Positions 1-11,815 of a stretch of 64,000 nucleotides of DNA are shown here, one piece after another (position 1 is the first letter of the stretch; each line of letters starts with the position of its first letter). The notes below the pieces were generated by a model. The model did not search any database, was not told where the DNA came from, and saw only the letters and a list, made by a program, of their open reading frames with translations. This DNA comes from the human T2T-CHM13v2.0 reference genome, Homo sapiens. Position numbers and translations under genes: made by a program. The stretch is taken from the NCBI RefSeq assembly GCF_009914755.1, contig NC_060928.1. One strand, written 5' to 3'.

Positions 1-2264
1 TATTTCAATAGATGCAGAAAAAGTTTCAACAAAATTCAACACCCCTTCATGCTAAAAACTCTCAATAATCTAGGTATCGATGGAACGTATCTCAAAATAG
101 TAAGAGCTATATATGACAAACCCACAGCCAATATCATACTAAATGGGCAAAAACTGGAAAGATTCCATTTGAAAACTGGCACAAGACAGGGATGCCCTCT
201 CTCACCACTCCTATTCAACATAGTATTGGAAGTTCTGGCCAGGGCAATCAGGCAAGAGAAAGAAATAAAGGGTATTCAAATAGGAAGGGAGGAAGTCAAA
301 TTGTCCCTGTTTGCAGATGACATGATTGTATATTTAGAAAACCCTATTGTCTCAGCCCAAATCTCCTGATGCTGATAAGCAACTCCAGCAAATCTCAGGA
401 TACAAAATCAATATTAAAAAATCACAAGCATTCCTATACACCAATAACAGACAAACAGAGAGCCATATCATGAGTGAACTCCCATTCACAATTGCTACAA
501 AGAGTATAAAATACCTAGGAATACAACTTACAAGAGATGTGAAGGACCTCTTCAAGGAGAACTACAAACCACTGCTCAAGGAAATAAGAGAGGACACAAA
601 CAAATGGAAAAGCATTCCTGCACATGAATAGGAAGAGTCAATATCATGAAAATGGCCATACTGCCCAAAGTAATGTATAGATTCTATACTATCCCCATCA
701 AGCTACCACTAACTTTCTTCACAGAATTGGATTAAACTACTTTAAAGTTCATATGGAACCAAAAAAGAGCTTACATAGCCAAGACAATCCTAAGCAAAAA
801 GAACAAAGCTGGAGGCATCATGCTACCTGACTTCAAACTATACTATAAGGCTACAGTAACCAAAATAGCATGGTACTGGTACCAAAACAGATATATAGAC
901 CAGTGGAACAAAAGAGGGGCCTCAGAAACAATACCACACATCTATAACCATCTGATCTTTGACAAATCTGACAAAAACAAGCAATGTGGAAAGGATTGCC
1001 TGTTTAATAAATGGTGTTGGGAAAACTGGCTAGCCATATGCAGAAAACTGAAACTGGATCCCTACTTAAACCTTATGCAAAAATCACCTCAAGATAGATT
1101 AAGGACTTAAATGTTAAGACCTAAAAACCATAAAAATCCTAGAAGAAAACCTGCGCAATACCATTCAGGATAGGCATGGGCCAATACTTTATGTCTAAAA
1201 CACCAAAAGCAATGGCAACCGAAGCCAAGATTGACAAATGGGATCTAATTAAACTAAAGAGCTTCTGCACAGTAAAAGAAACTATCATCAGAGTGAACAG
1301 GCAACCTACAGAATGGAAGAAAAATTGCAATCTATCCATCTGGCAAAGGGCTAATATCCAGAATCTACAAAGAACCTATACAAATTTACAAGAAGAAAAC
1401 AACCCCATCAAAAAGTGGGCAAAGGATAGGAACAGATACTTCTCAAAAGAAGATATTTATGTGGCCAACAAACATATGAAATAAAGCTCATCATCACTGG
1501 TTATTAGAGAATTGCAAATCAAAACCACAATGAGATAGCATCTCATGCCAGTTAGAATGGCTATCATTAAAAAGTCAGGAAACAACAGATGCTGGCGAGA
1601 ATGTGGAGAAATAGGAATGCTTTTACACTGTTGGTGGGAGTGTAAATTAGTTCAATTATTCTGGAAGGCAGTGTGGCCATTCCTCAAGGATCTAGAACTA
1701 GAAATACATTTTGACCCAGCAATCCCATTACTGGTATAAACCCAAACAATTATAAATCATTCTACTATAAAGACACATGCACACGTATGTTTATTGCAGC
1801 ACTATTCACAATAGCAAAGACTTGGAACCAATTCAAATGCCCATCAGTGATATACTGGATAAAGAAAATGTGGCACATATACACCATGGGATACTATTCA
1901 TCCATATAAAAGATGAGTTCATTTCCTTTGCAGGGACATGGATGGAGCTGGAAATCATCATTCTCAGCAAATGATTTCAAGAACAGAAAACCAAACACCA
2001 CAGGTTTTCACTCATAAGCGGAAGTTGAACAAGGAGAACAAATGGACTCAGGGAGGGAAATATCACACAACGGGGCCTGCTGCGGGGTGGGGGGATAGGG
2101 GAGGGATAGCATTAGGATAAATATCTAATGTAGCTGACTGGTTGATGGGTGCAGCAAACCACCATAGCACATGTATACCTGTGTAAAAAAAACTGCACAT
2201 TCTGCAGATTTATCCCAGAACTTAAATTATGATAAAAAAATAAATAAATAAGTAAATAAATAAA
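1..2264 (+). mobile_element. LINE-1, L1PA7-like; 3' part (ORF2 RT and C-terminus, 3'UTR, A-rich tail), runs off the window start
   Basis: ORF fragments match L1 ORF2p ([30 protein letters not shown]) but are frameshifted. 3'UTR 'gttgatgggtgcagcaaaccacc...tatcccagaacttaaa' then A-rich tail ~2232-2264. Confidence 0.93.
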
Positions 2265-3299
2265 ATTTTTGTAGAAATTTGCATTGCTCATATTACCAAT
2301 GTAGTGTACCAGCATCTTTCCTAGAGTAGAATCAACCCATGAATACTCTGACATACTATGTTCCCATCTCAACTGACTCATTTAGAGCAAAGAAAAAGTT
2401 AACATGCAAGTGTGTACTTGATCTCACCGTCAAAAATATTAATTATAGTATGTTATAATAGCATTAAATAGTAAGCTCATCCAATGACTTACATATTTGC
2501 CTGGAAGATTTCAATTTCAATAGGAAAAAGGAAAGAAATCTCAGAAATGGGAGAGATATTTATCATAAAAACAATTTAAACGACAAGAGCAACAAATTCA
2601 CTGTACAAAGAAAGCCAGCACTACATTCCAGCTTCTTCTGTTCCCTGGGTTGCTAGTCTACTCAAGACAGATGGAGGCTAGTAGCCACACAAGTCTCCAG
2701 TGTGGTCTGTTGAGTACAAGGGCACTCATTTACCTCAGTTCCCCTACCATAAAGAATTCAGCAATCATTTGTGGTAATGGGGCCAAGCATACTGTTGGCT
2801 TGACCACAGACTCTTCTAATATCCCTTGCCCCTTCACTCTTGGCTCAACCAGTCCTTGTTCTTGGCCACATCAGAAGTTTTGGTCTGGCTGCTCACACTC
2901 AGTATATATTCCTTGAAAAAGGAGAGAAAAATCAAATAAAGATATGGTCAAACCAAGATTATGCTAGTCATGGTGTCCTAGATCAATAATATATATACAA
3001 CGAAAGGAATATTTGAACCTTGATGTAATTTTAAATTAGAACTTGATTAAAAAAAGACATGGAAAAATAAGAATCCTAATGATTAAATGTGAATTATCTT
3101 TAGCTCACTTGACTTTGCAATGTTTCCCTGGATAAGAACAATTCTTCCCTGTTTTTTGCTCTGGAGACCTCACTCCACTGGGAAGGAAATCTGCAATTCC
3201 ATGCTTATAAATTAAACACTTGTTACTTATCTAGCCCAAAACAATGCTCCCACAGGCTAAAGAATTACACAACCCCTGAGCACATTTCTTTTACCTAAG

Positions 3300-3575
3300 T
3301 TCCCCTTCCATCTGGCAAACTCCCTATTTAAGACACGGCCAAAATGTTCCACTTTTTCCTTCTCATCCTGAGGCAGCTGATTCCTACATGCCTCTGTTAA
3401 CACTCACATCAGATTGTCCTGTGGCTTCTAGTTTATATGTCTCTTTCTCTCATTATATAATTAGTGTCTCAAAGTCAGGGACTGTATCTTAGTAATCCAT
3501 GTAACCCTGTTGCTTGGACATATATATAATTACTCAATAACTACGGTTGAATGAATGAATGAATGAATGAATGAA
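3300..3575 (+). mobile_element. L2 LINE 3' end with (TGAA)n tail
   Basis: 'cagggactgtatcttag...ctcaataactacggttgaatgaatgaatgaatg' resembles the L2 terminus. Left boundary approximate. Confidence 0.7.
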
Positions 3576-4734
3576 GAAATCAGTAAATGGTTATGTCTCT
3601 ATGTCAATGTTCTAATGGGTTTCTTGGGGAAAGAGAGAAAGAGACGTTGTACAACTTAGTATAGCATCTAGCAACTGAGTGAAATATAGACGGGATTTAG
3701 GTCAGGCACTGGAAAAATCAAGCTAAGTCCTAACAATTGCAAATATTTTTCCAACCATCGAGAGAGTAAAAGAGACACTCAGATGGGTTGTCTGTTCTTA
3801 TTGCTCATCTATAAAGCATGCATGAATGTAGAAGGGGAAAACCCTGAGTACCACAAGTTGAGTGGTGTTGCAAATGAATGACGTGTACGTTCTGTAAACA
3901 CTAACCCACTACTGATAATGTTACTTGACACACTAATGCAGTGCCCCACATGAATTTCTCCTTCTATGCTAAGTTTTCAATCAGAAAATAGACATATGAC
4001 AAGAAGAGGAAAATATGAGTTAATAGAGTATTCTCTATCTCCCCACATGGCTTGGATCATTCTCTGCACACAGGAGGATCTCATGGAATATTGATTCATC
4101 CTCTGGGTACTTTCCTGCCTTCCAGGCCTAAACTGCATAAAATGCTCATTGTCCCTTTTTACCCAATGCAAGATGTGTCTCCCCCTTGCTACCTGTCAAC
4201 AAAAGAATCTCACTCATGGAAGGGTATTACCAATATGGAGGAAGCAGCTAAAGTTCTACACCTGAATGGATGGGCTCAGGTTTGAAGAAAAAAAAAAAAG
4301 CCTATAAGCAAAGAGGTTAAAACTTAATTCAGTTTCTCAGTCTTGGAGATGGGGCCCAATCAGAACCCTCTCCTACACAACAGAGACTCATCTGAGAATA
4401 CTAAAAGAGATCTTAGAAGTTTTATCAGACTCTCTACTCAGAAGCACAAATCTTCCAGATTTCAGAACACTCCTCCCAAATTAACCTTCGTATTCACACA
4501 AAATACAAGGGCCCATTAGCATCAATGTTCTGAGGCCTGATGAGATCCTATTTTCATTAGAAATTCTAGCACAAGGGTAATTAGAGAAGTGTGGCATAAT
4601 TTTATTAAAAATTTTAAAAACATCATCTTTATTGTATTTCTAATATATATTCAACTTTAGAGAATGTGTATTTCCTAAGCTTAAGAAATATTCTCACAAA
4701 GTATCTGTTTTCTAAGCCTAAAAAATATTTATAG

Positions 4735-5395
<661 letters not shown>

Positions 5396-5536
5396 AATAT
5401 AGAATCAACTCAATGTCTTTTTTTGTAAAAAAGTTTATCATTTCAGAATAAAAATCTGGAATGAGAATTACTTAAGTATGAAAGCTCTAAAGGAGCAATC
5501 ATTAAGGCTTAGGTATAAATACACAGGTAGAAAGGG

Positions 5537-5556
5537 TCATCATCATCATCATCATC
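5537..5556. repeat. (CAT)n microsatellite
   Basis: tcatcatcatcatcatca. Confidence 0.9.
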
Positions 5557-6223
5557 AGGAGTGTATGAAGAATTGATGAGTTATTCTTTGTGGAACAAAG
5601 ATGGGAATTAATCATATATTTGGAGTATATCTGCATATCAGGCTAGATAATCTGCAAAGCTGAAAATATATTTCTCACATACTTTCAGAAAGGTCTTCCA
5701 GGAAGGAGTGATTTATCTGATCAGTAAAACAGAAGAAGGAGTCTGCATAAGTGTAGCCCAGGGTTCAGTCCTTGTTCACCTTCAGACTACACAGCCTGTA
5801 GAATAAGTGCATATTCTTAATTCTCTCACAGGAAGCTACTGAGCCAGGCTGTGCCCTGCAAGGGGAGGTCCAAGGGATTCCTTCTTCACAACCTATAAGT
5901 AGGTGAAAAAGTTCATCCTGTTCTATCAGAAGGACAATTGTGTTCTCAGGCAGCATCTTCTAATCCAGCTTTAGTATGACATTGCTGGTATGTTGATCTC
6001 CATCTGCCTGCTGTGTCTACTGTTCCATTGGCTCAGAAAAAACACACTGGAAACAGACATGATTATCACTCTCCAAACCCCAACAACCACCAATGTTTAA
6101 GAAAGAAGATGTGGGGAAAAAATGGTCTACAAAGTAGTGTAATGAAAACCAAGGGAGTAGAGTTTCAAGGAGGGGCTGGTTAGCCATTAAGCACTATTGC
6201 AGCAAAAATGACAGATGTTCAGT

Positions 6224-6329
6224 TTCTGTGCAAGGAAATGTGTAGAGTCAGATCAAATTCCATTCTGTGCAAGGGAATGTGTAGAGTCAGATCAAATTCC
6301 ATTTTGTGCAAGGGAATGTGTAGAGTCAG
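6224..6329. repeat. 39-bp tandem repeat, ~2.7 copies
   Basis: Unit TTCTGTGCAAGGGAATGTGTAGAGTCAGATCAAATTCCA starts at 6224, 6263 and 6302. Confidence 0.95.
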
Positions 6330-6339
6330 TTTTGGTGTT

Positions 6340-6399
6340 AGCTAACCAGCATCCAGCTACTAGATTCACCCAGCTAACCAGCATCCAGCTACTAGATTC
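6340..6399. repeat. 28-bp perfect direct repeat (period 32)
   Basis: AGCTAACCAGCATCCAGCTACTAGATTC at 6340-6367 and 6372-6399. Confidence 0.95.
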
Positions 6400-7599
6400 C
6401 AGTCAAGAAAGAGAATGCAAAAGCAAGTGCTCTGAGTAAGATGACATAAGGAGTATAAGATAGGTCCTGATTATAATCATGTTGGGGGTGGTCTACAGAA
6501 CCGACACCTGGCCACTTTTTATTTAGCCAGTCCAAGCAAGTGTGTTCCTGCAATTGCTAACTAACACAAAAACAGTGGTGGACTCAGATCCTCAGCTGTG
6601 CTTAGAATAGCAGGGAAAGTGAAGGCTGTTGCTAATGCCAGAGTGCACACTGACCAGTGTCACAAGAGGAGATGAGAGTATATAGGAATGTGGCTTTCAA
6701 ATCAAAATTGTATAGAGGAATCATATGGCTCTAAGTAACTCTTTATGTTGAGAAACAGGGCCCTTCCCTGGTTATAAAACTCATTACTTATCATAGAAAT
6801 GATTAGGATTGATGGGACCTTCCCAGGAGTTCATAAATGGCTAATGTGAAGCTTTGGTGTGTATGTATTTATGTAGGATAAATTTGAAGTAGCCTCACTG
6901 ATTACAAAAGAATTAAAGCCAAAAAACAAAAGAAACTTTCTCCTTTCCAGCGTTCTGGGAAGAGATTACACTAAGTTTGCTGCTAAGGAACAGTACTTCC
7001 AGAAGGTACAGTTGTGTGGCAGTCAATCAGGAGAGTAGCCACTTACGGAGAAAAAGCTTAAGGGAATACAAAGAAGAGCAAATAGGAGAACAAAGCTGAC
7101 AGAGGAGACTACATTTTCATCACTGAACAAAGGAAACACAATTTCAAGTATGGTTGAACCAGTGAGTGCTTGAGATTCCAATGTGAGCTAACCCTAGGGT
7201 CAAGTTTGATAAAGTCACAGTGGCATCAACCCCATGGCACCTGAGAAAGGGCAAGCAGCAACTAAGTGCTGGATGGATGTGCAGCCTTTGTGTAAGCTCC
7301 AAGACCAGTAGATCTAAATCCATTTGGACAATAAATCAAGCGTTGGGCTTTTGTTGGAGGGAAAATGACATAAATCTTTGCCATCTAGATGAATTGAACC
7401 TAGAAGCTTCTTAGAAAAAAAATCCCTTAGTTCAGAAATAGAGCAAATGTTTTAAACTTTTGAAGACATCTGAACAAAAGTGGCATTTTGTTAGCAATTC
7501 CGATTCTAAATTCCCAATAACAGTAGAAAACAAAACTAACTTTAATTAGGTGCTTGAACCTATAATGCTTATTGTTTGATAGATTGGGCAAAAACTAGG

Positions 7600-8235
7600 T
7601 AGAACAATATCTATAAATCTAAAGTATCTTAATAGTATAAGTGATAATGTTGAATTAAAAATTATCAGATTCAATATTTTTATCCTGTAAACATTATCCT
7701 TCTTTGCTGCCATAGCATATTTATAACTATCAGGTAGTTGGCCAAAAAAATTACCTAACTAAATTCAAAAGAGTAAAAATTACACAGACCTTATTATTTG
7801 ATCACATTATTAAAAAAATAAATAAACAGAACTAAAAATGAATAAAGCCTAAAGTATATAACAAAGGTTTAAGAAACAAGCTTCCAAACACTTGAAATAA
7901 AACTGAAAACAATGCAGTGATTCCAAAGAAAACACTTATAAATCTCACAAAACATTAGGATCTATATGCTGAAAACCATAAAACACTAATGAAAGGAAGA
8001 TCTTCATCATGGATTAGATGTTTTAGTACACAATACATTAACACATAACAAAGATGTCAGTTCTCCTTTAACTGATCTATAGGTTCAATGCAATTTCTAT
8101 GAAAAATTTACCTTAATGTTTCTATGAAAAGACAAATAAGAATAGGCTAAGAATATTGAAAATGAAGAATAAAGTGGGAGAAATCACACTGCCTGATTTC
8201 AAGGCCTACTATATACCTACATTAATTAAAACAAT
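7600..8235 (+). mobile_element. Old L1M ORF2 fragments
   Basis: 'aagatgtcagttctcc...tgatctataggttcaatgcaat...aagaataaagtgggagaaatcacactgcctgatttcaag' resembles degenerate L1M ORF2. Confidence 0.65.
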
Positions 8236-8279
8236 TAGCTAGGACAATTAAGAGGTGGAAAACGATAAGAGGTCATAAG

Positions 8280-8562
8280 AGTGTTAGCCAGCATGCCTCA
8301 AGCAGAAGCCATAAAGGGCTTTCATGATTTGGCTTTGCCCCTACTGCCCTCGCTATTAAAAAAAATTATTTTTTTTCTAGGGAGACAACAGTCCCAGAAT
8401 GAGGGATGTAGAATGGAGACGAAGCCACACTACAGCAGGCAGCAGAGCTTCCTTGGCTGACCTGCAAACCTGTGAATGAAAAAACAAATGTGTGATGTTG
8501 AGCTATAGAGATTTGGGGGATTGTTTGTTATGCAGTATTGCAGTGGGAATCTGGCTAATTTA
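8280..8562 (+). mobile_element. MLT1-type (ERVL-MaLR) LTR fragment
   Basis: 3'-end-like 'gagatttgggggattgtttgttatgcag...gctaattta'. Confidence 0.5.
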
Positions 8563-8564
8563 GA

Positions 8565-9050
8565 GAGTAGCCAGGGACAAGACCATATAAACTCTGGCCA
8601 CAAATGTTGGATTTTATCCTAAATTAGGTCTGAAGCCATTAGAAGGTTTTGAGCAAAGGAATGACATGATACAACTTACATTATAAAAGCATGATTCTGG
8701 TACTGGGTGGAGAATAAAGCATGGGATGCCAAAAGTGGGAGCACAGAACACACCTTAAATTTAAATGACTTAAATTGACTAATTTAAGTCAGTCAAAATA
8801 TGTTAGTACAAATAGATAGTGGTGGAGATAGAAAAGGATAAATTCTGGGAACAGTTTGAAGCATGGAGGCAGCAGAATTTGGTAACAGATTGCATGTAGA
8901 TGGTCAAAGAAAAAAGTCATCAGCTTAGATGGCCCAGACCACAGGAGAAGCAGGAGTGTGGCAAAATCAACAATTTAGTTTTGGACATTTTATTTCTTCT
9001 AGAATAATGTCCAAAAACTATGAAATTTAGTTTTGAAATGAGCATCAGCC
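8565..9050 (-). mobile_element. L2 fragment
   Basis: 'ttggattttatcct...gaagccattagaaggttttgagcaaaggaatgacatgat' is a typical antisense L2 motif. Confidence 0.65.
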
Positions 9051-11815
9051 AATACCAATAAAAGAAATAATAAAACATTGTTTTAAGAATCACAGTTCTA
9101 CCAAGCTGAATGAAACCCATGAAAGATCATTATCGACTTTGATATTAGCTAATTTAAAGAAATTTAGAAGAGGCAGGAGGTATTTAAACCCCTCTAAATG
9201 TAAAAGTTATTTATAGGGATTTATTTAATTTAGATGACCCTAAATAAGTGCATGTTGTTATCATTACAATAAAAGAAACACATTTCCAGTAAACATCACT
9301 TATTTATATAGTTCTAGTCAAAAGAGTTGTGAAGATATATTTGGATTTCATCCTAGACAGAAAGAGGCAGGCACAGCTGTATGCAATTGTGCTTATCAAG
9401 AAGGTTCCCACTTTCTCATTCTAGGATGCAGAATTCTAGAACTGCCTTTCTTTAAATAAAACATTTAAAAGAAAATCATGAATGTTAGAAAGGCAATATT
9501 TTGTCTAACATTACAAAGCATCTGATATGGTTTGGCTTTGTCCCCATCTAAATCTCATCTTGAACTATAGTTCCCACAACCCCATGTCTCATGGGAGGGA
9601 CCCAGTGGAAGGTAATTGAATCATAGGGGCAGTTACCCCCATGCTGCTGTTCTGATGATAGTGAGTGAGTTCTCATGAGATCTGATGATTTTATAAGGGG
9701 TTTTTCTTCCTTTTGCTTGACACTTCTCTCTCTTGCCACCATATGAAGAAAGATACATTTGCTTTCTCTTTCACCATGATTGTAAGTTCCTGAGGCCTCC
9801 CTAGACATGTGGAACTGTGAGTCAATTAAACTTCTTTCCTTTATGAATTACCCAGTCTCAAGAAGCCTTTTTATAGCAGTGTAAAAACAGACTAATACAC
9901 TGAATTGTACTAGGAGTGGGGTGCTGCTATAAGGATACCCAAAAATGTGGAAGCGACTTTGGAACTGGGTAATAGGCTGAGTTTGGAATAGTTTGGAGGG
10001 CTCATAAAAGACAGGAAAATGTGGGAAACTTTGGAACTTCCTGAAGACTTGTTGAATGGCTTTGACCAAAATGCTGATAGAGATATGGACAATGATGTCC
10101 AGGCTGAGGTGGACTCTCAGAGAGAGATGAGGAACTTCTTGGGAACTGGAATAAGGTCATTTCTTGCTATCTTTCAGCAAAGAGACTGGCAACATTTGAC
10201 CCTGCCCTAGAGATCTGTGGAACTTTGAACAGATGAAATAAATTTCTAAGCAGCAAAACATTTAAGAGGAAGTAGAGCATAAAAGTTTAGAAAATGTGTT
10301 GCCTGACAATGCAGTAGAAAAAAAAAACAATTTTCTGAGTAGACAGTCAAGCCTGCTGCATAAATTTGCATGAGTAATAATGAGACAAATGTTAATCACC
10401 AAGACAAGACAATGGAAAAAATGTCTCCAGTGCATGTCAGAGACCTTCAGAGCAGCCCCTCTCATCACAGGCCTGGAAGCCAAAAAAGGGAAAATGATTT
10501 TGTGGGCTGGGCCCAGTGCCCCCCTTCTCTATGCAGCCTCTGGACATGATGCCCTGCATCCCAGCTGCTCTAGCTCTAGCCATGGCTGAAAGGGGTCAAC
10601 ATACAGCTCAAGCAGTTGCCTTAGAGGATACAAGCCCCAAGCCTTGGCTGCTTCCAGGTGGTGTTGGGCCTGTGGGTGCACAGAAGTCAAGAATTGAGGT
10701 TTAGGAACCTCCACCTAGATTTCAGAGGATATATGGAAACACCTGGATACCCAGGCAGAAGTTTGCTGGAGGGGTGGAACTCTCATGGAGAACTTCTGCT
10801 AGGGCAGTGGGGAAAGAAAATGTGGGGTTGGAGCCCTCACACAGAGTCCCCACTGGGGCACTGCTTAGTAGAGCTGTGAGAAGAGGGCCACCATCCTCCA
10901 GACCCCAGAATGGTAGAACCACTGACAGCTTGCACCATGCATCTGGAAAAGCTGTAGGTACTCAATGTCAGCCTGTAAAAGCAGCCAGGATGGGGGCTCT
11001 ACTCTGCGAAGCCACAAGGCAGAGCTGCCCAAGGCCAAAGAAACCCACCTGTTCCATCAGCATGATGTGGATATGAGACATGGAGTCAAAAGAGATCATT
11101 TTTTAACCTTAAGGTTTAATGACTGCCCTATTGGATTTTGGACTTGCCTTGGGCCTGTAGCCCCTTTGTTTGGGCCAATTTCTCTCTTTTAGAATGGGTG
11201 TATTTACCCAATGCTGTAATTCCATTGTATCTGGGAAGTAACTAACTTGCTTTTGATTTTAAGGCTCACAGGCAGAAGGGACTTGCCTTGTCTCAGATGA
11301 GACTTTGGACTTGAACTTTTGGGTTAATGCTCAAATGAGTTAAGATATTGGACGACTATTAGGAAGGCATAATTATGTTTTGAAATGTGAGGACATGAAA
11401 TTTTTTCAGGGACCGGGGTGGAATGATATGGCTTGGTTATGTTCACACTCAAATCTCATCTTGAATTGTACTTCCCATAATACCCATGTTTCATGGGAGG
11501 GACCCAGTGGGAGGTAATTGAATCATGGGGACAGTTACCCCTATACTGCTATTTTCATGATAGTGAGTAATAGTATAAAAACATCAGATCATGAGATCTG
11601 AGATCTGATGGTTTTATAATGAGTGATAGTATAAAACCATCAGATCATGAGATCTGATGGTATGATAAGGGGCTTCTCCCCCTCTTGCTCAGCACCTCTT
11701 CTGTCTCCTCCCATCATGTGAAGAAAGATGTGTTTGCTTCCCCTTCTGCCATGATTGTAAGTTTCCAGAGACCTCCGCAGCCATGTGGAACTGTGAGTCA
11801 ATTGAACCTCTTTCC

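Noticed and set aside
6224-6399. CRISPR-like array or repetitive 74-aa ORF
   Set aside because: The repeats are head-to-tail without unique spacers, there are no cas genes, and the context is primate. The ORF periodicity comes from the 39-bp unit.
6935-7011. Plus-strand mini-exon (ctttctctcctttccag|...aag|gtacag); similar case near 60455
   Set aside because: The donor is weak, there is no recognisable peptide or partner exon, and such motifs occur often by chance.
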